A stretch of 43,120 nucleotides of DNA from a virus (taxonomy: Duplodnaviria; Caudoviricetes), in the IMG/VR virus record IMGVR_UViG_3300022670_000619, positions 1 to 43,120 of that record; one strand, 5' to 3'. The notes below the pieces were generated by a model that was not told where the DNA came from, did no database searches, and saw nothing but the letters and a program-made list of their open reading frames with translations. Position numbers and translations under genes: made by a program. Below, piece by piece: positions 25,554-35,563 of this stretch (positions are counted from its first letter, which is position 1; each line of letters starts with the position of its first letter).

Positions 25554-27158
25554 TTATTCCTCCGGCTCTTTCTGCTTGGTAGAACTTGTTACCTCCCTCA
25601 ATAGAGGTTCCCCAATTACGCTGTATGCAGCCACTTCATAAGTAACTCCCGCTCTTTCAACAATATCCCCAATTTTGAATTTACCCCTATTTGGATTATT
25701 TTGAAACAAAAATTCATTCTTCAAATCATTTACGATCTCCCGTACACCAGATACTGATAAGCTTTCCCCCTTATCCTCTGCATCATTTATACGTTCCAAA
25801 AGATCTGTTTGAAAATCCATTGTAGCCTTTTCAATATCCCCAGCCTCAGTAAAGAACAACTTCGGGAGATCGTCTGCCATTTCGGAACCTTTATCATAAA
25901 CGTTCAATCTCCGTACAAGCTCAGTGGTAAGCGCGGTAAAGCCCGGACCAATTATTTTATTTATCGCATCGGCCTCTTTCTTACTCACCGTGCCCGCAGC
26001 TTGAGCTTCAAGGAGATTCTGCCGAAGAAGGGAAACGCGCTCTAATATAAATGCATCGACAGTTGCTTCGCTCACCTTCTGGGTCTTTTTAGCCTTGGCA
26101 AGATTACGAAGTTGAGTATTCAACTCTAAATACGATTTGGGATTATTACCAAGCTTTTTGGATTTCGTACTTTTCTTTAGTTTTCGTAAAGCAGTAGCAA
26201 ATCCTTTGGATATCCCACCCTTACCTTCTCTCAACTCTGATTGAGCAATCTCTGTCAAGGACGGGGTATCCCCATCGACCATGCGGTCCAACATTTCACC
26301 CTCGGCTTCTGCTTCCGACCGCCGAGCAGCCTCCTCCGCAACTTTCCTTTTCTTCGCCATAAAATCTGCGGCTTCTTTACGGATGGCTGTTTTATCCTCA
26401 TCAGAAATATCTTGATCTAAAGCCAATAATCCCGCTTCTTCTGAATCAAGGAAATCATCAACCTCTCCCGGGAAGTGCTCGATAAGGGAATTCACTGCCG
26501 CTTGTACAAGCGCGTTATCCTTTTCCTTCCTGAATTTTGCCAACTCTTCCGAACTTAGTTGCCCCTGGTTTTTGGCAATCATCTCATCCGTCTTTTTTGT
26601 AGCCATATCCATAATAAACGCGCGCGAGAAGATGTCGCTATCTGGATCTGCAAACTCATCAGAAACCATCTTGGCTGCTTCATCAGCAGTCCCATTCATA
26701 TCATCTACGATGCCACGCAATTGCTTTTTCTGATTACCTCGGAAAAAACTACCAGAAATACCTTTTATATGACCATTGGCTTCTTTGCTGAAATTCCTCT
26801 GGAATACAGGATCTTCATCCTCAGAAAGAAAATTATCCCGAAGATCATTCAGACCACTATCTAAATCCTTCTGGGTACCCCCTGTTTTCAGAATGCTTTT
26901 TTGAAGCGCCTGTCCCTGATTCCGGAAAGCAAGGGATTGACGTATAGCCCTATTGCCGGATGAAACTTCCTTGATCCTCCGAGCCTGCGTATCTTGGGCT
27001 TGCTGAATAGCTGCCAATTCACCAAATGCCCCTTTAGCTAATCCTGATCCAAATCCTGCTACAGCCTCACCGAGAGCAGCACCAGCGGTGCTTACTCCGG
27101 GAGTTCCGACTACAGAAGAGGCTAATCGTCTACGTTGAAACTCAGGTATCGCTGGCAT
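25554..27158 (-). CDS. Internal virion protein (gp15-like position)
   Basis: Start MPAIPEFQRR after AAGGA; G/A-rich N-terminus, helical body. Confidence 0.72.
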   Translation of the reverse strand: MPAIPEFQRRRLASSVVGTPGVSTAGAALGEAVAGFGSGLAKGAFGELAAIQQAQDTQARRIKEVSSGNRAIRQSLAFRNQGQALQKSILKTGGTQKDLDSGLNDLRDNFLSEDEDPVFQRNFSKEANGHIKGISGSFFRGNQKKQLRGIVDDMNGTADEAAKMVSDEFADPDSDIFSRAFIMDMATKKTDEMIAKNQGQLSSEELAKFRKEKDNALVQAAVNSLIEHFPGEVDDFLDSEEAGLLALDQDISDEDKTAIRKEAADFMAKKRKVAEEAARRSEAEAEGEMLDRMVDGDTPSLTEIAQSELREGKGGISKGFATALRKLKKSTKSKKLGNNPKSYLELNTQLRNLAKAKKTQKVSEATVDAFILERVSLLRQNLLEAQAAGTVSKKEADAINKIIGPGFTALTTELVRRLNVYDKGSEMADDLPKLFFTEAGDIEKATMDFQTDLLERINDAEDKGESLSVSGVREIVNDLKNEFLFQNNPNRGKFKIGDIVERAGVTYEVAAYSVIGEPLLREVTSSTKQKEPEE

Positions 27159-27645
27159 TCTTCTTTTCCTTGAATAGTTCGCCAGTGAATCCACCAGCCT
27201 TACCAAAACTCGTTATCGCATTTACCCCGGTTGCCAAGCCCTCTGTTGTCCGGCCTATCAAACGAGCCTTCCCCTGTTTTCGAAGACTTCTAGCTTTTGC
27301 CGAAGCAAGGCCGAATTGAGCACGGCCCCTTTTACGGATAGCTGCTACTTCTTTTGCACTCTCGGCTGCCGTCTCCTCCAAAACCAATAGGGGACTTCCT
27401 GCGAGTGTGACACCACTTTTCAGGAAATTTACTTTTTGCTGCTCTCCGAATCTCCGATTGATTTCAGATACTCGATCAGCCTCTGCCTCTGATTCTTCTT
27501 GAGCAATGGCCCCCTGAAGTTGTACTGCTCTCGCTTCTTCCTGGAAAGCTTCTTGTTCTATACGTCCAACTTTGCGGGAAGCCACGGCAGAACTCAACCC
27601 CGCGATCAACCCAAAGATACCTAAAAAACCTTTTAGAAAATCCAT
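27142..27645 (-). CDS. Internal virion protein (gp14-like)
   Basis: Hydrophobic N-terminus, Q/A-rich helix, KSGVTLAGSPLLVL motif. Confidence 0.75.
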   Translation of the reverse strand: MDFLKGFLGIFGLIAGLSSAVASRKVGRIEQEAFQEEARAVQLQGAIAQEESEAEADRVSEINRRFGEQQKVNFLKSGVTLAGSPLLVLEETAAESAKEVAAIRKRGRAQFGLASAKARSLRKQGKARLIGRTTEGLATGVNAITSFGKAGGFTGELFKEKKNASDT

Positions 27646-27654
27646 CCTTATACC

Positions 27655-30237
27655 TTATTCATTGTCAGCTTCCCCGTAGATCTGTAATAGCTGTACTATA
27701 CAGGGTAACGGGTTGGGTTGCCTTATATAAATAATTTTCTCATCGTCCCAATCTCCCTGAAATGGAACGCCTTTTATGCCAGTAAATAGGGGAGTAGGCC
27801 CACCAACAGGGAGAGGCATTTCAGTAAAAAGAAAAGGTTTGGGGTCATAGATATCATCCCCAGCTTCAGCCCCAAGCGTTTTCAGGAATCTAGCTTTTAT
27901 TTCCCGAATATGTTTTGACTTTGTCTGGGCGGGTCCAGTAGTACCCCCAAGTTCTATGCTCATGGGTTGAAGAAATCCGTCATATTGCAAACCTACATGA
28001 ACCACACTGGCTTGAACAGAATCAGATAATGTAATACTGCCACTGGCTACAGTTTTCACCGGGTGGACTGTGCCATCGGTAACCACGCCTACAACGCGGG
28101 CTTCGAGATGGTCTAGATTTTCTACTACATTGGTGGTCAAATACCAGTTGCCAGCAGCCATGGCTGTGGTTACATCAAAATCAGAAATGATATTGCAAAC
28201 CACTTCGGTATCACTGTTGAACGTCACAATGACAGCCCTGCCTGTCCCAACACCCACGATTGGTTTTTTCCAAAGTTGCCGTCCTACATCTGTAGAAAGG
28301 AATACCGCAGCGCTAGCTGTGAAGGTGATGGTGTTTCCTGTCAAGGCCCCAGGGGTCAGAGTTGCACCCGCAGCCAACCCAAAATCCGACCCATCGTAAG
28401 TAAGAGAGCTATCAAGATGCACATACCCTTTTTGGGCCTCAGTCATAGCTATATCGAACTTGGCATTATCAGCAATTTTATTTTCAGAACCAGTAAAGAA
28501 ATCTATCAGTTCCGGAATCTCCGCAGGGTCTTGCAAAAATTCTACCGATCTACGAGTAATTCCGTCAATCTCCCGTTCTATTACTGCCCAGAGTTGATCG
28601 AAGTCTGTTGGGCGTGGCATGGTGGCTATACTCAAAAACTTATCTTCTCGGGAAGACCCGGTGGTGTGTCTATGCCACCCGGCGATTTTCTCTACCCGCT
28701 CAAAAGTGATACCCAAGAGAACACCGTCATTGCGGACCATCCATGCAATATCAGGTGTTCCGTTTCTCCAGGCCAGTTGTTTTATCCCACTTTTCGTAAT
28801 GTGCGAAGCAACGAGGGTTAGATCCTGGGGGATGAAAGTTTCACTTATGGGTTCTAACTCATACACGTTTACTCGAAGGCCGCCACGCTCAACATAGATG
28901 ACACTGTTCAACCTATTGATGGGCGCCACGTCTTCTACCCCCTCGCTCCCAAGAGGTCGGGCCTGGACGCTGGTAGGCGTAATGGCTAAATCAGCAGTAG
29001 ACCCGGTTACTTTTACTTCACTCCCAAAAGTACCAATAAGCAAGAGTCTGTCCGTAGGAGCAAACCATTCAATCTTATTCACCCTCCCCTGTGCGATCTC
29101 AAATTCAATAGCATTGCCCGCATCCGTGCCATTTGTGAAGACATCGTATTGCGGAACCCCGGTGTTGCTTGGGGCATCTGATCCAATGAACCGAGCTGGA
29201 AATCCAACAAGCCCACCATAAAATAGCCGTGACTCATAAAAGCCCACAGTCTCAGGAAGAAGGTTTTGATTGGACGCAAACCCAGCAGAGCTATAAGCGG
29301 TGAATCCGGAAGTATCAACATTGTTCCCGTCAAGATCGGTAAGCTCAAAAGTAGTTGCTGTTATATTAGCCACTATAAAAGGGGTGCTATTCACTTCTGT
29401 CATGCCTACCACTTCTTCAATAATAACTGTATCCCCATTTGAAAAAGTGTGGGAGACAAAAGTTACTACTCCCGGGTCCGCTTGAGTGATAAGGGTTATG
29501 TCCTGCTCAGTCAAAAAATGGTCAGTTCCAGTTCGATCAAACCGAGAGAGGGTCCATGCTGTATGATCCGTTCGTGTAAGCTTTCTGGGTTCATAAAACG
29601 GGTGGACAATATACATAGTGTCCGCATTTTGATCTACATCGAGTTGAAACAGATCATTGGCTTCTGTGTAGGGGGTATCGATCTCAAAAATTCGTGCAGC
29701 AGTGGCGGCGCTCCCATATGCAGTAAACCCAGTGGCGTCAATGTCAACACCATCTATATCTGTAAGCTCAAAGGTATTGGCTGTTTTATTAGCAACCAAA
29801 AATGTCTTGCCACTGATTTCAGTCATTCCAATAGTGAGACGGCTGCCCGTGATGAAAACTTCATCCCCGTCCAAATAGTTGTGCCCAGTGATTGTTACCA
29901 CCGCTGGGTCAGCCTGGGTGACCGCTGTTATGGTCTGCGCTGTCTCTGTTATAAAACCATTGTTCCGGTAGAACCTAAGTTTTTTATTCGTAAATTCCAA
30001 GACATATGCTTGAAGATTATTGAATTGAAAATCTATCAAGTTCGCAATTTGGTTCAGCCGGGTATGGTTGACCTGGGCAAAGCCTGTGCGGAATTCCGCG
30101 CTGCCCTGTGTCTGAAGGAGAAAGTTTTCTACCCGCCTACATCCACCTCGAAAAATAGGGAGATCATCCCTACCATACATCCTCTCTGATTGTTCTCCAG
30201 GAGCAAAATTCTGAAGGGTTACTTCTTCTTTAGCCAT
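27655..30237 (-). CDS. Tail tubular protein B / nozzle (T7 gp12-like) with two inserted FCCH-like repeats
   Basis: NF..GE.S..MYGR.D, FYESRL, GWHRH, LDHLE...V, VHVGLQY, QPNPLP motifs. Confidence 0.85.
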   Translation of the reverse strand: MAKEEVTLQNFAPGEQSERMYGRDDLPIFRGGCRRVENFLLQTQGSAEFRTGFAQVNHTRLNQIANLIDFQFNNLQAYVLEFTNKKLRFYRNNGFITETAQTITAVTQADPAVVTITGHNYLDGDEVFITGSRLTIGMTEISGKTFLVANKTANTFELTDIDGVDIDATGFTAYGSAATAARIFEIDTPYTEANDLFQLDVDQNADTMYIVHPFYEPRKLTRTDHTAWTLSRFDRTGTDHFLTEQDITLITQADPGVVTFVSHTFSNGDTVIIEEVVGMTEVNSTPFIVANITATTFELTDLDGNNVDTSGFTAYSSAGFASNQNLLPETVGFYESRLFYGGLVGFPARFIGSDAPSNTGVPQYDVFTNGTDAGNAIEFEIAQGRVNKIEWFAPTDRLLLIGTFGSEVKVTGSTADLAITPTSVQARPLGSEGVEDVAPINRLNSVIYVERGGLRVNVYELEPISETFIPQDLTLVASHITKSGIKQLAWRNGTPDIAWMVRNDGVLLGITFERVEKIAGWHRHTTGSSREDKFLSIATMPRPTDFDQLWAVIEREIDGITRRSVEFLQDPAEIPELIDFFTGSENKIADNAKFDIAMTEAQKGYVHLDSSLTYDGSDFGLAAGATLTPGALTGNTITFTASAAVFLSTDVGRQLWKKPIVGVGTGRAVIVTFNSDTEVVCNIISDFDVTTAMAAGNWYLTTNVVENLDHLEARVVGVVTDGTVHPVKTVASGSITLSDSVQASVVHVGLQYDGFLQPMSIELGGTTGPAQTKSKHIREIKARFLKTLGAEAGDDIYDPKPFLFTEMPLPVGGPTPLFTGIKGVPFQGDWDDEKIIYIRQPNPLPCIVQLLQIYGEADNE

Positions 30238-30914
30238 TAGCTGAAGAACACCCGAGGCCCAGCCTCATTAGGCCGCCCTCTACGGGCCCTTAGAAATTTA
30301 CTTCTTTGTATGCGAATAGGCGGGCGCTCCTGACTATCTACCGCCGTGGCCCGGGCCCGGATGTCCCGGATCTCCTGTTTCAACTCCCGGATACGAGCTT
30401 CTGATCCTTTGAAGTTAGGGGCCAACTTTATGCCCAACTGATGAGCGAATAGATCCACGAAATGGGAATCCCATGCAGCGACTACGATATGATCATAAAT
30501 ATATCTTAGATTCAATACAGTAGATCCTGAAGAAGTATCGGCATTCGTCAAAAGGAAACCATCTTCAAGCTGATATCCTTCTAGAAAAAAATCATCAGAT
30601 CGGGAAAACCCTCTCAGATTCAATCCTTCCGAATCATGCCGCGTCAAAAATCGAACAAAATCACTCGGAAGTTTGAATCTATGAGTGAACCCAAAAATAG
30701 GGGCCGTGGCATCTGGGGCCAAAGCGACCCTCCGGATAGCAAAATTCCAAGCAGTTTCACGTAAAAGGGCCAATCGTACTTCATCAAACCACATGGCACA
30801 GAGATTTTCATTATCTGATAAAGGCTTATCAATGGAAGAAATTGGCTTCTGTTTTACAAGAGACAGAGACAAATTACACATTGCTACTTTTGATTTTGGT
30901 TTCGTGGCTGCCAT
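30237..30914 (-). CDS. Tail tubular protein A / head-tail adaptor (T7 gp11-like)
   Basis: CNLSL, WNFAIRRV.L, F.LPSDFVR, WDSHF.D.FA..L; AGGAGG RBS. Confidence 0.85.
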   Translation of the reverse strand: MAATKPKSKVAMCNLSLSLVKQKPISSIDKPLSDNENLCAMWFDEVRLALLRETAWNFAIRRVALAPDATAPIFGFTHRFKLPSDFVRFLTRHDSEGLNLRGFSRSDDFFLEGYQLEDGFLLTNADTSSGSTVLNLRYIYDHIVVAAWDSHFVDLFAHQLGIKLAPNFKGSEARIRELKQEIRDIRARATAVDSQERPPIRIQRSKFLRARRGRPNEAGPRVFFS

Positions 30915-30929
30915 GGCCTACCTCCTTAT

Positions 30930-30968
30930 AAAAAATGGGGCGGGGAGCGTGATAGCTCTCCGCCCCTT
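30930..30968 (-). terminator. Intrinsic terminator after the capsid genes
   Basis: GGGGCGGAGAGC tatcac GCTCCCCGCCCC ATTTTTT. Confidence 0.8.
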
Positions 30969-30989
30969 GGGTCAACCTTTTACGGTTTC

Positions 30990-31499
30990 TTAGCCTTGGA
31001 CAAACGTCATGACAACAAGAATCGTCCCGCCCACTGTTCCGATATCGTTAGCCGTCAGAGCAATGTCGTAACCAAGTCTCTTGTTTGCCTGCGTATCGCC
31101 AGCCAACTCATAGAGCCGTTTCTGACCATCGGCCAGATCCACTGCCCCGAGAGCATCAACTGCGCTACCACGAGCATTTGCAGAACTCAAGTCTGTGGTT
31201 CCGAGCAATGCATCGATATCGATAGCAATGCCGTCAACCCCATCGACCGAGGTTTCATAGAAACCCAATTCCCAATCGATAGAACCTGTCATACCAGTAT
31301 CATTGTACAACTCGAACTTTACCGGAATAAGATCCGGATTCAAAGCCTTAGCCAAACGAAAAACAGATCCGTCATCATCAGCGTTTGCGGGTTCCGCAAT
31401 CGCAACGATCGTAAATGGGTGCCCGCCCTCGGCAAAAGTAGAGGTGGTAAGTTTTCCAGCCTCTAAAAGGGCATCAGTGTAAATATCTACTACAGCCAT
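30990..31499 (-). CDS. Minor capsid/decoration (cement-like) protein
   Basis: Acidic, beta-rich, 169 aa, between the capsid gene and the terminator. Confidence 0.65.
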   Translation of the reverse strand: MAVVDIYTDALLEAGKLTTSTFAEGGHPFTIVAIAEPANADDDGSVFRLAKALNPDLIPVKFELYNDTGMTGSIDWELGFYETSVDGVDGIAIDIDALLGTTDLSSANARGSAVDALGAVDLADGQKRLYELAGDTQANKRLGYDIALTANDIGTVGGTILVVMTFVQG

Positions 31500-31529
31500 G
31501 TTGCTGTTCCTTTCTTTCCAATCGCCCTA

Positions 31530-32420
31530 TTACGAGGTGGTTTGAACTTTTTGCATGAGTAATCCTTCGGTGCGGACACCGCCCAATTGACTGATAACCT
31601 GTACCTGCTTGGTCTCGACCTTATCAACTCGGTCTTGAACCTTGATGGACATATCTTTGGACAATCCAATACAGACACTTCTGCCAGTCATAGCGACGTT
31701 ATCCCTGATTCCGCCACCAGATACAAACAACATTGGGATGGCAACATCTGCACCATAGACAATAATCTTCATCCCGACGGCACGAGCCATCTGGCCTTCA
31801 TCAACGGGCTTGCTGCGGGTGAAGTCACCACTGGTCAATTCCGTTTCAAGCATCAAAGCTTCTTCTTCTGTACCCGTTAGAAGAAGCATAAAGTCTTCCT
31901 GCTGCTCGGTACCAACTTCATTGTTGGTCCAGAATTTCTTGATCTCCAAAAGCTTCTCATAGGTAAGACCCGTGGTAGCATTCACCGTGTTCCCGCCGTC
32001 AGAGGCAAAGGACACAGTGGTATCAAAATCTCGTCCAGTGAAGACATCGGCAAAAGCTGCTTCAACAACAACCCGGTCAAAACGCCGATTCATGGCTCTA
32101 ACACAGACATCCGCGTACTCTCCGGTGATATCCTGCAAAACGGCTCGAACATCAGAATCATCCACAGGCAAGTTGACAATAAAACGCCGTCTGGCGATCT
32201 TACGCCTGTTGTGTACGACATCATCAAAAGTGGCATCTGCATGGCGGGCATTTACTTCGCGGGTTTCTACTTGCTCCAACCCATCATAAGCAAAAAGGTC
32301 CCCGATCATTGGCTTTATAATTACATTATCACGCAAGCGTGATTTGCTCTGCTGTGCCTTTACATGCACATTAGACGAAAACTGGGTAATGAGGGCTTGA
32401 TCAACAGTATTTGTAGCCAT
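31530..32420 (-). CDS. Major capsid protein
   Basis: QFSSNV...AQQSKSRLR, AMNRRFD.VV, LTSGDF, G.VRTE pattern of podovirus capsids; strong RBS; follows the scaffold gene. Confidence 0.88.
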   Translation of the reverse strand: MATNTVDQALITQFSSNVHVKAQQSKSRLRDNVIIKPMIGDLFAYDGLEQVETREVNARHADATFDDVVHNRRKIARRRFIVNLPVDDSDVRAVLQDITGEYADVCVRAMNRRFDRVVVEAAFADVFTGRDFDTTVSFASDGGNTVNATTGLTYEKLLEIKKFWTNNEVGTEQQEDFMLLLTGTEEEALMLETELTSGDFTRSKPVDEGQMARAVGMKIIVYGADVAIPMLFVSGGGIRDNVAMTGRSVCIGLSKDMSIKVQDRVDKVETKQVQVISQLGGVRTEGLLMQKVQTTS

Positions 32421-32585
32421 CCTACCTCTCCTTTCAAGTTAAGTTTACATACCAAAATTCCATTTTTTCGGTATCGTAAACCACCGCAAGAAAGCGATAG
32501 GCGAAACCTAACTCCGTAACGAGGAGTGTAGGGCGGGAAGACTGACTTCCATCAGATAGGCCGCAGAAGCGGTAAACCATCGATG
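32421..32585 (-). promoter_or_regulatory. Multi-hairpin structured 5' leader of the capsid gene
   Basis: Stems CCGC/GCGG, GGAAG/CTTCC, ACTCC/GGAGT, TAGG/CCTA; TGGTTTAC occurs twice. Confidence 0.5.
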
Positions 32586-32588
32586 GGT

Positions 32589-32616
32589 ATTATTCACCCA
32601 TTTCTGGGAATTGCAA
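32589..32616 (-). promoter_or_regulatory. Candidate capsid-gene promoter
   Basis: TTGCAA-16-AATAAT with CCCAGA 8 nt upstream of the -10. Confidence 0.4.
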
Positions 32617-32618
32617 TA

Positions 32619-33446
32619 CTATTTTTCGATATGTGTGCCAAATAATTTATTCACGTGTACATGACGGGCATCCCATTGGGGGTGCATCGGGTCATGATAA
32701 GGATCATTTTTATCTGCTATAATAGCCTGAGCCTCTGCAATTTTGTCAGCAGGATTCGAAGTTGCTGCACCAGGACCACTGGGTATTTCATCTTCAGATA
32801 TGTATTCGTCCCGAATCCCCTTCAGGACGGACGCTAAAACCATCTGCTCTTTATTGCCTAATTTATCGATATCGTCCTTCATGGAATCGGGAGTGAAACG
32901 GGCAATAAGAACATTCGCCTCGTTTGAAACTTTACCAGCATCCGCTCCGAATTCCGCGTCCATGAGTTTCTGAAACTCGGCTTCTTGGACTTCTGGATCC
33001 GGGGCCATTCCTTGGGCCAAATCACCAAAGCCATCTGAAATGATTTTGGCTTGTGCGGTATTCAGATCTGCTTTGTGATACAGTTCTTGTATCTTCTGAT
33101 TGAATTCAGCCCCTTGGGTATCCCCATCTTCAGTAGAAGGAAGTTCATATCCGTCTGATTTTTCGGGAACACCAAAAGCCTTATTGAATTCTGCCCGCTG
33201 TTCTGGGGTAGCATTATCTTCAGGGATGCCACCGGGCCGCTTACTTAGGGCCGCCTTCTGATCCTCAATCATTTGGAATAAAGTCTCAGCCCCACCCTTA
33301 TGTTCTTGTACCCAAGTCTTGTCTTTGAAGCCATCTGGTACAAAAGACTCAAAAGCCGGGGCCTCTGCTGGGGCTGGATCCCCTGAAGGGAATGCCGGAG
33401 TAGTTGTAGTTTCATTTCCTGTAGGTGCTGTCTCTGCTGGGTCCAT
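32619..33446 (-). CDS. Capsid assembly scaffolding protein
   Basis: P/A/T-rich N-terminus, G.PEK.DGY, C-terminal Y.DP.HP.W motif; lies between portal and capsid. Confidence 0.82.
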   Translation of the reverse strand: MDPAETAPTGNETTTTPAFPSGDPAPAEAPAFESFVPDGFKDKTWVQEHKGGAETLFQMIEDQKAALSKRPGGIPEDNATPEQRAEFNKAFGVPEKSDGYELPSTEDGDTQGAEFNQKIQELYHKADLNTAQAKIISDGFGDLAQGMAPDPEVQEAEFQKLMDAEFGADAGKVSNEANVLIARFTPDSMKDDIDKLGNKEQMVLASVLKGIRDEYISEDEIPSGPGAATSNPADKIAEAQAIIADKNDPYHDPMHPQWDARHVHVNKLFGTHIEK

Positions 33447-33460
33447 CTCTCTTTTCCTTT

Positions 33461-33817
33461 CTAACTGAGGAGATCGTCGATCTCTTCATCAATTCCCCAT
33501 CCGGGGATTTCTATTTGCGCCAATACCTGGGGGGATACCTTCGTACGAAGATTCCAATAAATTGTTCGTTGAGATTCATTGTGTTTCAGACTTTCGGGAA
33601 AGACTTCTCCCGTATTGGGATTCATGGTCGTTCCTGGGATCGCCCATCCACAAAGGTCATGGAGATATTTTAGAGCTACCTTACCATCATCTGTGGCAAA
33701 AGCTCTACGAATACTATCTGTGACCGCTTTGTTTTTTCGGTTTTGCTCCGCCTGTAAGTCGGCTTTTTTTTGTATCTTTTCTTCTGATAGTCTTGCTTTT
33801 GATCCCCCGGTTACCAC
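33461..33817 (-). CDS. Bbp19-like conserved protein
   Basis: AF.TDDGKVAL..L..LC...NESQR.IY..L; position between portal and scaffold. Confidence 0.7.
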   Translation of the reverse strand: MVTGGSKARLSEEKIQKKADLQAEQNRKNKAVTDSIRRAFATDDGKVALKYLHDLCGWAIPGTTMNPNTGEVFPESLKHNESQRTIYWNLRTKVSPQVLAQIEIPGWGIDEEIDDLLS

Positions 33818-33844
33818 GTAATCTACCTCCTGTATGTACGGCCA

Positions 33845-35563
33845 TTATGCGGCCTGCTGCTGCGGAATCAATCCCGCGTTTCCAATATTTCGAGCCATTT
33901 CACTCTGCTGTAAAAGCTGCTCCTGCTCATTCTGTGCGGCTACGGCAGCAGCTCGATCATCTCTAATTTGTTTCATAACGTTCTTGGCTCTTGCCATCTC
34001 CGAAGGCGCACCTGATAGTTCCATGAAACGCCGTATTCCGAAATCACCGTCAATGTTATCACCAATGTCGGGCCGGACAGCCAATTGCTGTGCTTCCAAC
34101 TCGAAGGTACGAATAATACCTTCGGTCTCTTCTGCCTGCATAATACGAAGGGCGGGGGTGAAGTATTCAACTCTGAATACATCTTCACCTGCAAGCATAA
34201 GTCTAGCTACCGCATCAGGTATAACTACAGGTTCTTTCCCATTGATATCCCGTTCGATAGTTTCATCCACAGATCCGGAAATCACACCCAATTGATTCTT
34301 AGCAAAAAGGATATTGAAAGTTCGAATAACAAGGGGAGAAAACAGTTCGGAAATCTGTCGGGAGAATATTGAACCCAACGTTGCATTCCTAAGTCGATTT
34401 CGTATCTGTGCTTCCCCAAGAGTCATACGAGTCTCATTATTGAAATCAAGAAGACGATCAATAAGGAAATGGTTTGCTACTGATTCTGTCAACACTTCGA
34501 TAAGCGCAGCAGCTTGCCGGATCTCACCAACTGTAAAGATGGGGAAGATCGGATCCTTCTCACCTGCCCGCCCAGAAATGTTGAATGTATTGATGGCTCC
34601 TGCGCTTGTATCGATTTCTCCATTGCCTAATTTAGAATCATCAAGCACTGCTAAAGGGGGATCTAGCATCTTTTCAATGGCAATGGTGGTGGCTTCTCGT
34701 ACAACATTTAGTTCAAGAATATCAGGTAATGCGTCCATACCTAAAGAACGACCATAAAGTTCTTTCTGTATTTTTGAGAACCTAGCTACCGGAATCGGGA
34801 ACTCCTCGAAACCTTTTTCGCGCAGGAGCTTTTTAGCTTCGACTTCTATATGAAGAGATTGAAATGGCATCTCTTTATTACTTCGACTGTTTACATCTCG
34901 GGTAATCCTAGGCTCAATAGCCTGGAGAATACGGACTTTCTTATTGAATTGCCGGGTCTTGAAAAGTTCCCGGGTCTTCTCACTTACACTATTGATCCCA
35001 TATTTTTTCACAACCCGGGATACTGTCCGTACTACTTCTATGTAAACGGTATCCACTACTCCATCCGCACCCTCATCGATAGTCATGTGCTTGACGCCCC
35101 AGGGAGAATACCGGACGCCTGTTTTCGGATCAGATTGTATTTCAATACCGGAAGTACCAAATACCAGATTGTCTACCATGTATTCGTCAAGGGCTACGTT
35201 CAACCCTGCTTTGGGGTTTTCAAATACATCGAGAATAGTTTCGGTAACAAATTCGTAATATTCTTTTACCTCGGGGTCATCTTCTATCCCCCGGGGAGCG
35301 CGGATTCTAAGTTTGTTTCTAGTCTGGGGCCAGAGCATAGAAAGCAAAGAAGACGCTGCGGTCTTCGCTGACTGCGGGCCTTTGGCATCAAAGATAAGAT
35401 CATTGAGGAAATCACCTTCTTCATGTTCAGAATTGAATTCCTGCTTCCGCATGTGGATATATTCGCCCAGCAGTTGCCACTGGTTTTCCCACGGATGCTT
35501 TCGCTCTTTGAGTTCCTTGAGACGGGCAAGGGTCTCAAGTACAGTATCTTGTGAGGCTGCCAC
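33845..35563 (-). CDS. Portal (head-to-tail connector) protein
   Basis: WE.QWQ....YI, LVFGT, GFEEFP....R, YGRS.GM.ALPD, RMT..E...R...LG motifs. Confidence 0.92.
   Translation of the reverse strand: MAASQDTVLETLARLKELKERKHPWENQWQLLGEYIHMRKQEFNSEHEEGDFLNDLIFDAKGPQSAKTAASSLLSMLWPQTRNKLRIRAPRGIEDDPEVKEYYEFVTETILDVFENPKAGLNVALDEYMVDNLVFGTSGIEIQSDPKTGVRYSPWGVKHMTIDEGADGVVDTVYIEVVRTVSRVVKKYGINSVSEKTRELFKTRQFNKKVRILQAIEPRITRDVNSRSNKEMPFQSLHIEVEAKKLLREKGFEEFPIPVARFSKIQKELYGRSLGMDALPDILELNVVREATTIAIEKMLDPPLAVLDDSKLGNGEIDTSAGAINTFNISGRAGEKDPIFPIFTVGEIRQAAALIEVLTESVANHFLIDRLLDFNNETRMTLGEAQIRNRLRNATLGSIFSRQISELFSPLVIRTFNILFAKNQLGVISGSVDETIERDINGKEPVVIPDAVARLMLAGEDVFRVEYFTPALRIMQAEETEGIIRTFELEAQQLAVRPDIGDNIDGDFGIRRFMELSGAPSEMARAKNVMKQIRDDRAAAVAAQNEQEQLLQQSEMARNIGNAGLIPQQQAA

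Noticed and set aside
31499-31532. Read-through fusion of the capsid with the downstream in-frame decoration gene (T7 10A/10B-like)
   Set aside because: The genes are in frame but separated by a double stop (TAA TAG), and the second has its own RBS; no convincing slippery site leads into it
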